Source: a virus
IMG/VR virus record: IMGVR_UViG_3300016472_000923
Direction: 5' to 3' (one strand)
Length of the DNA: 64,000 nt
Positions within the stretch are counted from its first letter, which is position 1. Each line of letters begins with the position of its first letter. The position numbers were made by a program, and so were the translations under genes. The notes beneath the pieces were generated by a model. That model was not told where the DNA came from. It saw nothing but the letters and a program-made list of their open reading frames with translations, and did no database searches. This document shows positions 55,502-64,000 of the stretch, one piece after another.

Positions 55502-56750
55502 AGGCTTCGTATTTGGTCAACCACGGAAACAATGATCTCCAATCTGTCCCACGACGGCGATCCTTTTCGTCAAGATAGGTCATGAGTTTGGTGATCTCTG
55601 CAATATTGATTTGGCTTTTTTGTATGCGGTTCATTATACCTTGCATGTAACCTTTGGTGATTAGATCTTCTTCTGATTCAGTGGGCATGATGGCCAATAT
55701 TTTTTCAAAATCCTCTTTGAACTCCTCACCGCCGAGTATACCAGCATCAAAATATGAAGGGCCCGGCGTAGGGCCACTGAAATGGTAGTGTATCTTTTTG
55801 GTAAGACTCCAGTGGTTTATTTTGGCTAGTAGTTCGGGCATGGTCTTGATAGTCAACGCTGTGATCGTGCTGTTTATATTAATGTACAGCCATTTATTTG
55901 TCAATAGATACTCAAAATTGGCTTCCCATTGTTTGAGATCTAATCCAGACCGCACAAATTCTTGTTGCGGCCCCCAACAATCTAGACTGCAAGTGATATC
56001 TATGCGACCCAGTTTTTTTGCGAGCACTAAATCTTTTAACCGTTCTATGAGATTCTTGACTCTATCAATATCTGCGCTGAGATTGGTCACGATATTCAAC
56101 TCGCATCTTGGATTGGGATATCGTGCGATCATTTCCAACAGGGTGTCTGTTTCTTTTTGATACAACGGTTCGCCACCCAAAACACCAAGTCGTCGCAGTC
56201 GTGGAAATCCCTCAGGGAACCACTGCCAAAAACTAGGAGACAAATCTCGACTTTGATTTTTGACTTCTTCTAATAAGATGCCTCTCTTTTCAAATCTACC
56301 AAATTTTCTGTTCTCTTGATTTATCGCCGAACTTAATCCACCGTGGCAATACAGGCAAGACAAATTGCAGGTATTATTGAAGAAGACCTCGACCACTGTT
56401 GGGTAAACATGTACTGCAGTAGGATCACTATCTAGTTCTTCAGGATAAAGATCTGGAATATCGATTTGCCGCAGGCGGTCACTGATTCCACCTTTTTCCT
56501 CGATGTTTCTGCAGTATCCGCAACTTTTGTCTGGCCATTGGCCTTGCAGCATCTTTTCTCGATCGGCCAACACTTCTCGATTGTTATGGAAATCATCGAA
56601 ATTTTCAGGGGTGAGGCTATATTGCCCTGTGCGATGGCAGGTCCGAGAATAGCCGGGTGATAGATATAATGCAGTCCAACTCCATTTCAGTTGGCAGGAT
56701 GTGGCTGTACGGATAGGAAAGATTCTTTGCCTATCAGTAGTCCTCTTCAT
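55491..56750 (-). CDS. Radical SAM protein (paralog of 22496-23827)
   Basis: CNLSCLYC; CQLKW..TCHRT, CGYC and LGGEP motifs; shares SLDCWGPQQE and D.RR..DWR.LFPWL with the paralog. Confidence 0.9.
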   Translation of the reverse strand: MKRTTDRQRIFPIRTATSCQLKWSWTALYLSPGYSRTCHRTGQYSLTPENFDDFHNNREVLADREKMLQGQWPDKSCGYCRNIEEKGGISDRLRQIDIPDLYPEELDSDPTAVHVYPTVVEVFFNNTCNLSCLYCHGGLSSAINQENRKFGRFEKRGILLEEVKNQSRDLSPSFWQWFPEGFPRLRRLGVLGGEPLYQKETDTLLEMIARYPNPRCELNIVTNLSADIDRVKNLIERLKDLVLAKKLGRIDITCSLDCWGPQQEFVRSGLDLKQWEANFEYLLTNKWLYININSTITALTIKTMPELLAKINHWSLTKKIHYHFSGPTPGPSYFDAGILGGEEFKEDFEKILAIMPTESEEDLITKGYMQGIMNRIQKSQINIAEITKLMTYLDEKDRRRGTDWRSLFPWLTKYEAYVV

Positions 56751-56970
56751 CTATTTCACTTTCGTCCGTGTCATCGTCGTCAATGTCTAGGAAACTCTGC
56801 AGAGACTTTTTGATATCGCTGTCCCCTTTGAAGGTATCGCGAATATCTTCCGCATCATAATCATTATCGATCAACAGATTTACTAGAATGTCAGCCGCTT
56901 CGCTACGGTCGGGTACTGAGATATATCTTTTTAACTCTTGCCAAAGGTCGTGTGCTAAATCTACTGCCAT
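56734..56970 (-). CDS. Small acidic protein
   Basis: 78 aa with a D/E-rich tail; follows uvsX. Confidence 0.65.
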   Translation of the reverse strand: MAVDLAHDLWQELKRYISVPDRSEAADILVNLLIDNDYDAEDIRDTFKGDSDIKKSLQSFLDIDDDDTDESEIDEEDY

Positions 56971-56971
56971 G

Positions 56972-58033
56972 TTATTCCTCCTCAGATGCTTCTTCGGTAG
57001 TACTTACCTCAGTCTTTTGATTTTGGAAATCTCTCATGACTTTGTCCAAGCAACCATCTTCGTTGCTTTCCCAACCCTTGCGGAAATACTTGATGATCTC
57101 ACCTTCTGAAGTGACGAACATCAGCTTGTTACCATCCTTCTTGAGCATGCCTTTCTTCTCAGCAAGGTCTGTGAGACCTGAGTAGGGATTCATGCCAGTC
57201 TCATAAGGAATCTTGACCTGCACACCTTCAAAAGGTTTGGCATAGCGTGTCTTCATGACCTTACAGGCTGATCGAATGCCCATGACATCAGAGATCTTGT
57301 TGCCATCTTCGTCCTCTTTCAACTTCAGTTTACGCATTGCCACCACGATTGATGACGCATAGATGAAGCCTTGACCACCCGAAATCTTGTCATCGGGATC
57401 GAACATGTCCTGGCTGGCGTAGGTGTGATTGGTACATACCATGCCAACATTGTAGTTACCGAACATGTTCACGCAGTTACGCACCAAGGCTGTAAGGCTC
57501 TTGGCCTTGCGACCTAGATCGCCTTTCATGTCACCGGCTTCGAACTGGTTCACATCAGTGGGAGTCAGCAACATGCCCACCGAGTCGATCACAAACATGA
57601 CCTTGGGACGCTCATCTGCTGGCAGGCCTTTGTAATCGGCCATGAAGGTACTGATGGTCTTGGCCACATCGTCGATCATGGCCATGCTCAACTTTAGCAG
57701 TTTCTTCTCATCTGTGTCCACACCAAGAGCATGCAACCATGCTTCGTCCAAGGCATTTTCTGTGTCGATGAGAACCACAAATATTCCTTGTTCCTGTGCG
57801 TGTTTGACTATGTTGCCAGAACAGATATATGATTTACCTGCTCCTGACTCACCTGCAAACACAGTGACCTTGCCCAGTGGCACACCTTTATTGAAGTCTC
57901 CGGAAATGAGATAGTTCAAGGCATAGTTGCCTGTGGAAATCCAATCAGTGGGATCGTTGAAACCGATGGAAAGTCCATCGATTGATTTTGTTATTTCCTT
58001 GCGGAATTTTGAAACATCAAAGGGTTTTGCCAT
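56972..58033 (-). CDS. uvsX: RecA-family recombinase (UvsX-like)
   Basis: GESGAGKS, IDTENA, VIDS, NHTY and SGGQG motifs. Confidence 0.93.
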   Translation of the reverse strand: MAKPFDVSKFRKEITKSIDGLSIGFNDPTDWISTGNYALNYLISGDFNKGVPLGKVTVFAGESGAGKSYICSGNIVKHAQEQGIFVVLIDTENALDEAWLHALGVDTDEKKLLKLSMAMIDDVAKTISTFMADYKGLPADERPKVMFVIDSVGMLLTPTDVNQFEAGDMKGDLGRKAKSLTALVRNCVNMFGNYNVGMVCTNHTYASQDMFDPDDKISGGQGFIYASSIVVAMRKLKLKEDEDGNKISDVMGIRSACKVMKTRYAKPFEGVQVKIPYETGMNPYSGLTDLAEKKGMLKKDGNKLMFVTSEGEIIKYFRKGWESNEDGCLDKVMRDFQNQKTEVSTTEEASEEE

Positions 58034-58042
58034 GGATTCCTC

Positions 58043-58987
58043 TCAATTTAAAATAAGTTTTGCAGCATTTTGTTGCTTGGCGTTTCTATACAACATTTTC
58101 CTATAGGTAGTTAGTTTGTTTTCTAAATCAATGATATTTCCTATAGGCAATTGATTTGTGATTGGTTTCACTCCCATTTTTCTTGTCCACTCTAAAAATT
58201 CAGGACTCCATGCATTGGTTTGAGGCCTGTCTAAATTGATATGGAATGACCATTGTAATTTTTCATAGTTATAGTGATCTGTGCATTCAAGTGAGGTATC
58301 CCAAAATTGCCACTTGTTGTAATATTGTCGGCCTACATAGGTGTAGCCAAAACAAAAATTTACTCGGTCTGGATTGCTTATCATTGTGTCAATAAACGGA
58401 TTTTCAAATCCCATCTCGGCCCATTTATTTGAACTCGAGTACTCTCGATTTCGATAAAAAACTTGTTCTAGACGATGCACAGTCATGTTTATTTCTTCAT
58501 ATGGATATATGTAACCTAACTTTTGCATGATCGGTGCTGTCTTTATTTTACGCAAGTCAGGTGGATATAAATCGTGTAATTTGGCACCTATCTTGGCTAC
58601 ATCAATGGTACTTGAAAATCTCAACTGATCGATGTCTATTATTTTATTTTGAGACATCGCCCACAATTCGTGCTGCCTATTAAGAATTTTTTGATCTAAG
58701 TACTCTTCAAGATTGTTGTGTTGCGGAAAATTCTCGCCAGTGAGTAACCAATAGACTTCATTGGTTTTGCTCAATGCAGAGTTGATGTCATTCAATTTGG
58801 CATCAATTTCTTTATCAATGTTATCCTTGTTAAAGAATTGGTTACAATTTTCCTGATTGGCCTTGTCAATAAACCAATCAATTAGATCGTGATTGTATCT
58901 AACTTCAAACGGAATGGTATCTCCGGTATTTTCAAAGACAATATTGAATTTCATAGTCATGATGTGGGAGCAAGTTTGCTCCCACAT
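58043..58987 (-). CDS. Hypothetical protein (paralog of 38263-39075)
   Basis: LNRQH, VHRLE, VGRQ and LPIG motifs; AT-rich. Confidence 0.65.
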   Translation of the reverse strand: MWEQTCSHIMTMKFNIVFENTGDTIPFEVRYNHDLIDWFIDKANQENCNQFFNKDNIDKEIDAKLNDINSALSKTNEVYWLLTGENFPQHNNLEEYLDQKILNRQHELWAMSQNKIIDIDQLRFSSTIDVAKIGAKLHDLYPPDLRKIKTAPIMQKLGYIYPYEEINMTVHRLEQVFYRNREYSSSNKWAEMGFENPFIDTMISNPDRVNFCFGYTYVGRQYYNKWQFWDTSLECTDHYNYEKLQWSFHINLDRPQTNAWSPEFLEWTRKMGVKPITNQLPIGNIIDLENKLTTYRKMLYRNAKQQNAAKLILN

Positions 58988-58997
58988 TCCTTAACGA

Positions 58998-59987
58998 TTA
59001 CTGCTTGTTTTGGCGTGCGCGGATCATGGCCAGGATGTCCTGCGCATTCTGACCACCTGCCGCAGGCTTGGCCACTGGTGCCGTTGCCGCTGCAGGTTCG
59101 TCTTCGTCAAACGAACTCACGGGTGCTGCTTTAGGGGTGACCGGGGCCGGTGCGGCTTCCTCATCTACAACGGGCGCCGATGAAGATGCTGCGGATGGAG
59201 CCGCTATGCCGGCTGGTCGAAAGTATTGACCCCAACGATCGGGATCATAGGGTTTGCCGTCCACAGAGGCTTCGAACATCTCTTTCATCACCTTGAGTTC
59301 GACTTCTGTAGGCTTTTTGGGCAGGAACTCAGCCAGGGTGAACAAGCCATGTGCTTGGAGGGCCGCTTGTTCTGCTTCGGTCAAGGCTGTTTCCTTGCGT
59401 GACCATTTAGAGGTTGAATAATCTGCGTATCCACCTTTTGATGTCTTGGTGATACGGAAGTCAAGGCCACGCATGAGATCGGTTGGCAGTTCTTCCAATT
59501 CAGGATCCATCAAGGCCGATTTGATCAGCGTGAAGATCTGAGGACCGATGATGAATCTGCGGACGGGATTCTCGGGAGTCTTGTCATCGCTGAGAGGATT
59601 CTCGCGAACGAAGCCTTGCATGATGTAGCTGCGCTTCTTCCAATACTTACGACCCATGTCCTCGAGACTCTTGTCTTTGAACCAGGTGCGGACTTCGGCC
59701 AGGATCGGGCATGATTCGCCCCACATTTCCACGCAGGGCACTTGTACTTGCACCTGTTTGGAATCCATCTCACCTTTGATGCCTGCGAATGGCAGTTTGA
59801 TCATGGCCCGTTCGATCCAGAAGAAAGTGTTCTTTGCGTCGCCGTCAGGCAAGAACCGCAGCGTGGCGCTGTGTCCTTCTTCCATGTTCCAGTGGGGGTA
59901 AATCGCGTTGTCGCCGCCAGTTGATTGACCGCCTTTGTTCGTCTCAGCGGCTTGGAGACGTGCGCGGATTTCTGCTAGAGATGCCAT
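58998..59987 (-). CDS. Single-stranded DNA-binding protein (T4 gp32-like)
   Basis: LRFLPD, CVE..CPI, KYWKKRSY and GYADYSTS motifs; acidic Pro/Ala tail. Start MASLAEI (track start 60092). Confidence 0.88.
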   Translation of the reverse strand: MASLAEIRARLQAAETNKGGQSTGGDNAIYPHWNMEEGHSATLRFLPDGDAKNTFFWIERAMIKLPFAGIKGEMDSKQVQVQVPCVEMWGESCPILAEVRTWFKDKSLEDMGRKYWKKRSYIMQGFVRENPLSDDKTPENPVRRFIIGPQIFTLIKSALMDPELEELPTDLMRGLDFRITKTSKGGYADYSTSKWSRKETALTEAEQAALQAHGLFTLAEFLPKKPTEVELKVMKEMFEASVDGKPYDPDRWGQYFRPAGIAAPSAASSSAPVVDEEAAPAPVTPKAAPVSSFDEDEPAAATAPVAKPAAGGQNAQDILAMIRARQNKQ

Positions 59988-60092
59988 AGTATGATTGTCC
60001 TTTCGTTGCCTATGTTTACTTCTGCCTTTGTGTACTGCTTGCCTAATGCGTACACTGAAACTAGTGTACACGATACTATTTAGCAAAGTCAA
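59988..60092 (-). promoter_or_regulatory. SSB leader: nested sigma70 (TTGACT-18-TACACT) and late (TAAATA) promoters, a hairpin and 3x AGGCA repeats
   Basis: Read directly: GTACACT-AGTTTC-AGTGTAC hairpin; TAGGCAA, AAGGCAG, TAGGCAA. Confidence 0.6.
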
Positions 60093-60110
60093 CAGACTCT
60101 GCGATTTTTG

Positions 60111-61787
60111 TTAGCCTTTTGCTAGTTCTACCAAACGACGGAAATCCGATCGGTCCAGGCTCTCAGAACTCATGTTGCTGGGTTTGGTCATCATCACGCC
60201 ATCACAGTCAAGGTCTTCGTGCGTGGGTCTGGACTCGATGGTCTGGGCTATTTCGGCCACGCGACTTTCGGGCATGCCACTGGTGCCGCGGACTCTGGGC
60301 TGCCGGAAAGCATAGTAGAAACTGAAGATGCCACCGGTGATGGGATCGCGATAATACAAGGTATCGCTGTATTCTTCTTCGGCTGGACGCAAATGCTCTA
60401 CTCCGGGCAGCACATCAAAATTCACCGAACCAAGTTCATGTATGTCACCTTCCGTGGGAGGTAGCTGGATATCAACCAGTTCGAATTGAGCCGAGCCTTC
60501 GCCCAAGGGTTGGTCCATGGCTCCACCGATGGGTGTGCCAAAACTTTTTTCTTGTATGGTCTGGGTGGGTTCTGTGGGCGTTGGCAATTTAATGCCCATT
60601 TCAGCCATGCGCTGCTGGATAATGGGTCGGGCATCGGCATCGGGATCTTGCAAACTTAGATCTCCCAAACGATCGAATAATTCATCGTCACCGATGAGGT
60701 CATATAGTTGTTCTGTGGCATTGACTGCATCGGGGCCCACGGGCAGAGGTTCAGCCATGATCTCTTCGAGTCGGGCCAGTTGTTCAGCAGTTTCAGGCAG
60801 GCTCCAAGTGGCTTCCGTCATTGTGTCAGCCCAGGATTCAAACTCTTGCACTTCTTTCATCACTGGTTGTTTGATCAAGCGGGTGAGAATAGGCAGTGCC
60901 TCTTCGATCCTACTGTCCAATGTCTGTTCCAGGAACATCTCACGGATCTCGTTCACGGTGTTTTCACTGCTGCACATCTGATCTGGCCGCCATGCATCTC
61001 GGCTTTCTTGGTACCCACGGCTGCCCATCATGCGGTGGGCCTTGGCCCGCATTTCCTGATAATGTTCTCGTGCAGATTCAACCAGACCATTGGCTGTTTC
61101 GTTGAGGCTACGACCCCGGCTGGCACGGAGGAATCTGCTCAAGGTAGCTAATTCGGATACCATCTCCGTGATATGCTGACCAAACGCATCGTACGGCGTT
61201 CCGCCCTCGGCCACATGTCGTGCCAGCATTTTGCCATGCATGAGGCTGCGGCTGGGTACCCGGAAACGCTCTCCTTGATCGGTCTCTATGAAAATAGAAT
61301 CGATATTGCGATATCTGGCTTCACCTTCTTCTAGAGGCCTGCTGTGCTTGATGACCAGTTTGGTCTTTTTTGGCTGATCGCTGTAACTCACTTTACGATT
61401 GCCGTAGTACCCTTCAAAGAGTCCTTCTTTGATGGCAGCCATGCCTTGCATGGTATATTTTAGTCTGTTGATGTTGTTGAGATTGAATGTCAGCATGTTG
61501 CGGCTGGCAAACTGCTTCATCTGCGCTAGGAAATCATACCAAGCCTGGCGATCTTCGCTGTCCATGGCCCTGCCAAGGTTGTCACCATAATAGACTTCCA
61601 TGTCATTGTCTGCACCCAGTAAAACAACCACAGTACCATAATTTTTATTGGCAGTTTTCCAATCAAAACTGAAAAGCTCAGCTTCAGCAGGATCAGTGAC
61701 CGATTTGCCTGATGCATCAAGGATTTCGGGTTCAAAATCTCTAGTGACCAAGAGATAGTACAAGGAGTTAGCAGCAGAATTGTCCAT
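60111..61787 (-). CDS. Probable virion/head structural protein
   Basis: TAAATA box 6 nt upstream; acidic, many L-x-E sites, terminal RRLVELA; next to the terminase. Confidence 0.6.
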   Translation of the reverse strand: MDNSAANSLYYLLVTRDFEPEILDASGKSVTDPAEAELFSFDWKTANKNYGTVVVLLGADNDMEVYYGDNLGRAMDSEDRQAWYDFLAQMKQFASRNMLTFNLNNINRLKYTMQGMAAIKEGLFEGYYGNRKVSYSDQPKKTKLVIKHSRPLEEGEARYRNIDSIFIETDQGERFRVPSRSLMHGKMLARHVAEGGTPYDAFGQHITEMVSELATLSRFLRASRGRSLNETANGLVESAREHYQEMRAKAHRMMGSRGYQESRDAWRPDQMCSSENTVNEIREMFLEQTLDSRIEEALPILTRLIKQPVMKEVQEFESWADTMTEATWSLPETAEQLARLEEIMAEPLPVGPDAVNATEQLYDLIGDDELFDRLGDLSLQDPDADARPIIQQRMAEMGIKLPTPTEPTQTIQEKSFGTPIGGAMDQPLGEGSAQFELVDIQLPPTEGDIHELGSVNFDVLPGVEHLRPAEEEYSDTLYYRDPITGGIFSFYYAFRQPRVRGTSGMPESRVAEIAQTIESRPTHEDLDCDGVMMTKPSNMSSESLDRSDFRRLVELAKG

Positions 61788-61802
61788 ATAGGTTATTTAG
61801 CG

Positions 61803-63368
61803 TCAACCCATGGTCATAATGAAGGGCAAGGGTTCAACCAGAGACTCATTGTGATCACGCATGTGATCGTCCAGTTCTTTGTGATAGTCTTGCAAGATGA
61901 TCAGCATGCGCACGGCCAGCACAGTGGCCATGACAAGATCGTCGGTTTCTCCGGGTTTGGCAGCATAACTGGTGCCCGCGGCCACGAAATTTTTGAGTTC
62001 TCCTACCAGGCTTCGGCTGTGTATGCGCATCCTGTTGCTTTCCACGAGATGCTTGAGTTTGGCGCAGGCTGCCAGCTTGGGTTTGTGCGTGGTATTGAAC
62101 CCTTTCCTGTAACGACGGCTGCCGCCGCTGGGTTCAGACAGAAAGTACCCCTTGATGTTTTCCTCACCGTACTCTGCGATAGAAATCAAAGCAGCTTCGC
62201 CGATGGAATTATTCTCTACTGAGTAGTAGATGCTGTTTTCTGTGCCTATTAGATCATAGATGTGCTGCACTATGTTGGATAATATCCTGATCTGTGTAGG
62301 AATATCAGTCCTATTGTGGCGCCATTCGGCCACTTGTTCGGTGCTGTTGGCTTCAAACACCTGTATGGCTGCAGGATCTCCGCCAGTGCCCAGGCTGGGA
62401 TCAAGAGCGATGACATAGATCCTATCTCGTTGCGGTTTTTTATACCAGCGTACTTCGCCGGTCTTGTATTCAGGATCGCGCCCGGCGAGATCGATCAGCT
62501 TTGCTGGAGCGATAAGAGTTTCATCAGCGATGATGAATTCACAGTCCATCTCTCTGCGGAAGCGATCGGGACCCAGAGCCGCACGTTGTTGTTGCGCCCA
62601 AGTTTCGTCACGGTCGGGATGTTCGTGCCAGAAACTGCGATAAGCACGGAATCCATTCTGACCCACTTCTGTGGGATTGCCATACTCATCTTCCATCCTG
62701 TTGGCACCTTTCCACAGCAAGGCGAACTGATCTTCGTCTGAGTTGGGGGTGCTAGTGATGATGGCCTTACCACCAGTGGCCAGGGTGGGTGATATGGAAG
62801 TCCAGAATTCCGTGGCTATAGTGGGTCTCACAAAGGCAAACTCGTCTGCGTATAAGAGCGAGATACTCATGCCTCGGCCGGTGTTTTCAGTTGTGGTGGC
62901 CGAAACTATGCGACTGCCGTTGTCAAATGTGAGACTGCCTTTGTTGTAGTCCACTGCCCCTGCCCGGATGTGATCGGGCACCGATTCATAGGCGTAGCGT
63001 ATCCTTTGCATGATCTCTTGGCTACCAGTGTATTTGTGGGCGGCCACCAGGATGGTTGAATCTGGAACGAACATGGCATACCACAGGAGATAGCCAGCAG
63101 CTGAAGTCGATTTTCCGGTCTGCCTGGGCATCATTGAGATTGAAAAACGATAGTTGTGGTAAGTTTCTATCAATCTCTTTTGATAATCAAAGGGATGATA
63201 CATCATGCGACCGCGAGTGGGATGCTGGATATAGAAGAAGTTGTCCATGAAGTACATAGGGCCTGAAACAGGATCCGCGCACCGACGGAACTCTTCGATT
63301 TGTTCAGGTGTATAGACTTGACGAGTGTGTGGTGCTTTGACCAGCACTACTTCATTGGCTTTGCCCAT
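61803..63368 (-). CDS. terL: Terminase large subunit (T4 gp17-like)
   Basis: PRQTGKS Walker A, YADEFAF Walker B, TSTPN, LDPS and DDLVMA nuclease motifs. Confidence 0.95.
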   Translation of the reverse strand: MGKANEVVLVKAPHTRQVYTPEQIEEFRRCADPVSGPMYFMDNFFYIQHPTRGRMMYHPFDYQKRLIETYHNYRFSISMMPRQTGKSTSAAGYLLWYAMFVPDSTILVAAHKYTGSQEIMQRIRYAYESVPDHIRAGAVDYNKGSLTFDNGSRIVSATTTENTGRGMSISLLYADEFAFVRPTIATEFWTSISPTLATGGKAIITSTPNSDEDQFALLWKGANRMEDEYGNPTEVGQNGFRAYRSFWHEHPDRDETWAQQQRAALGPDRFRREMDCEFIIADETLIAPAKLIDLAGRDPEYKTGEVRWYKKPQRDRIYVIALDPSLGTGGDPAAIQVFEANSTEQVAEWRHNRTDIPTQIRILSNIVQHIYDLIGTENSIYYSVENNSIGEAALISIAEYGEENIKGYFLSEPSGGSRRYRKGFNTTHKPKLAACAKLKHLVESNRMRIHSRSLVGELKNFVAAGTSYAAKPGETDDLVMATVLAVRMLIILQDYHKELDDHMRDHNESLVEPLPFIMTMG

Positions 63369-63372
63369 GCAG

Positions 63373-63588
63373 CTATTTAATGGGTTTTTCGCCGGTGAGA
63401 TAGGGAAGACTGAACCAAAGCTGGAACCATTCAGGGGTTCCTGGTTCTATGTTGTGTTTTTTTTGTAATCGAGCTTTTTCAGTGCCAGTCAAGGATATGT
63501 TGCTGCCTTCGGGGGTTTTGCGGAGACTGTTGCCATATCCTTGTGTCCGAACACCAGCCAGTCGCTGCAGATCTTCTATTGACACCAT
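63373..63588 (-). CDS. Conserved small phage protein
   Basis: LQRLAG and NI.PGTPEWFQLWF motifs. Confidence 0.7.
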   Translation of the reverse strand: MVSIEDLQRLAGVRTQGYGNSLRKTPEGSNISLTGTEKARLQKKHNIEPGTPEWFQLWFSLPYLTGEKPIK

Positions 63589-64000
63589 GATTGTTTAGCA
63601 TCGCCGTAGTATTCGCGTGCCAGACCATTGGCGATGAGACCGGCACGCACGCTCTGTCCATCTACGATGATGTCGCCTAGCACACGACCACCAAACTTGT
63701 CCCAGGCGTAGAGGGTGACCTGGAACTTCTGTCCACGACCGATCAGGGCCTTGGTCCACTGGCTGGCCTGTTCGCCACGCTGCGCTTCTGACGGGCACTG
63801 GGCACGATGGCCTTTTTCTGGAGTGTCCACACCATAGATCCTCACAGCCAGTTCAGGCTTGAGAGGCGCTGGCAGGAAGCGAGCAGAGATCACGATGGTA
63901 TCTCCATCGCTCACACGCAAGACCTGGGTGTCATAGGTCACCCCTTGTGGTGCTTTCTGTGCATGGGCCGATCCCATCATGGCTAAAATAGTGAATATGA
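63576..64000 (-). CDS. Staphylococcal/thermonuclease-family nuclease, N-terminus beyond the window
   Basis: DGDT, RIYGVDTPE, DKFGGRVLG and LIANGLA motifs; the frame is open to the window edge with signal-like residues. Confidence 0.88.
   Translation of the reverse strand, partial: IFTILAMMGSAHAQKAPQGVTYDTQVLRVSDGDTIVISARFLPAPLKPELAVRIYGVDTPEKGHRAQCPSEAQRGEQASQWTKALIGRGQKFQVTLYAWDKFGGRVLGDIIVDGQSVRAGLIANGLAREYYGDAKQSWCQ

Noticed and set aside
1-64000. Alternative genetic code (stop-codon reassignment)
   Set aside because: Core genes are full length and tightly packed under code 11, and all three stop codons terminate genes.

Overview
This is 64 kb of a large lytic dsDNA bacteriophage of the T4-like superfamily, read with the standard genetic code and encoded mostly on the minus strand. 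The host is probably a betaproteobacterium, judged from the porin and the IscU/IscA sequences. Core genes seen: ATP-dependent DNA ligase, class Ia ribonucleotide reductase (nrdA, nrdB, glutaredoxin), gp41-like helicase, primase, UvsW, UvsX/RecA, UvsY, gp32-like SSB, gp17-like large terminase, PAAR and tail proteins, and probable head-internal proteins. No T4-type family-B polymerase is present in the window. Instead there are two family-C (DnaE) polymerase genes: a 567-aa form lacking the PHP domain, and a 186-aa 'mini-DnaE' that keeps the three catalytic aspartates. Accessory cargo includes a porin, IscU/IscA under a perfect sigma70 promoter, three radical-SAM enzymes, three SGNH proteins, two 2OG-Fe(II) oxygenases and a 15-kb glycosyl-/methyltransferase island. 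The most striking unexplained signals are non-coding. (1) A 3'-UTR hairpin after an AAA ATPase gene has a loop antisense to the conserved 5' leader and Shine-Dalgarno of the phage's own early mRNAs. (2) Many late and replication genes appear leaderless. (3) Two promoter-driven structured RNAs have no convincing ORF. All functional calls come from motif recognition by eye; no searches were run.
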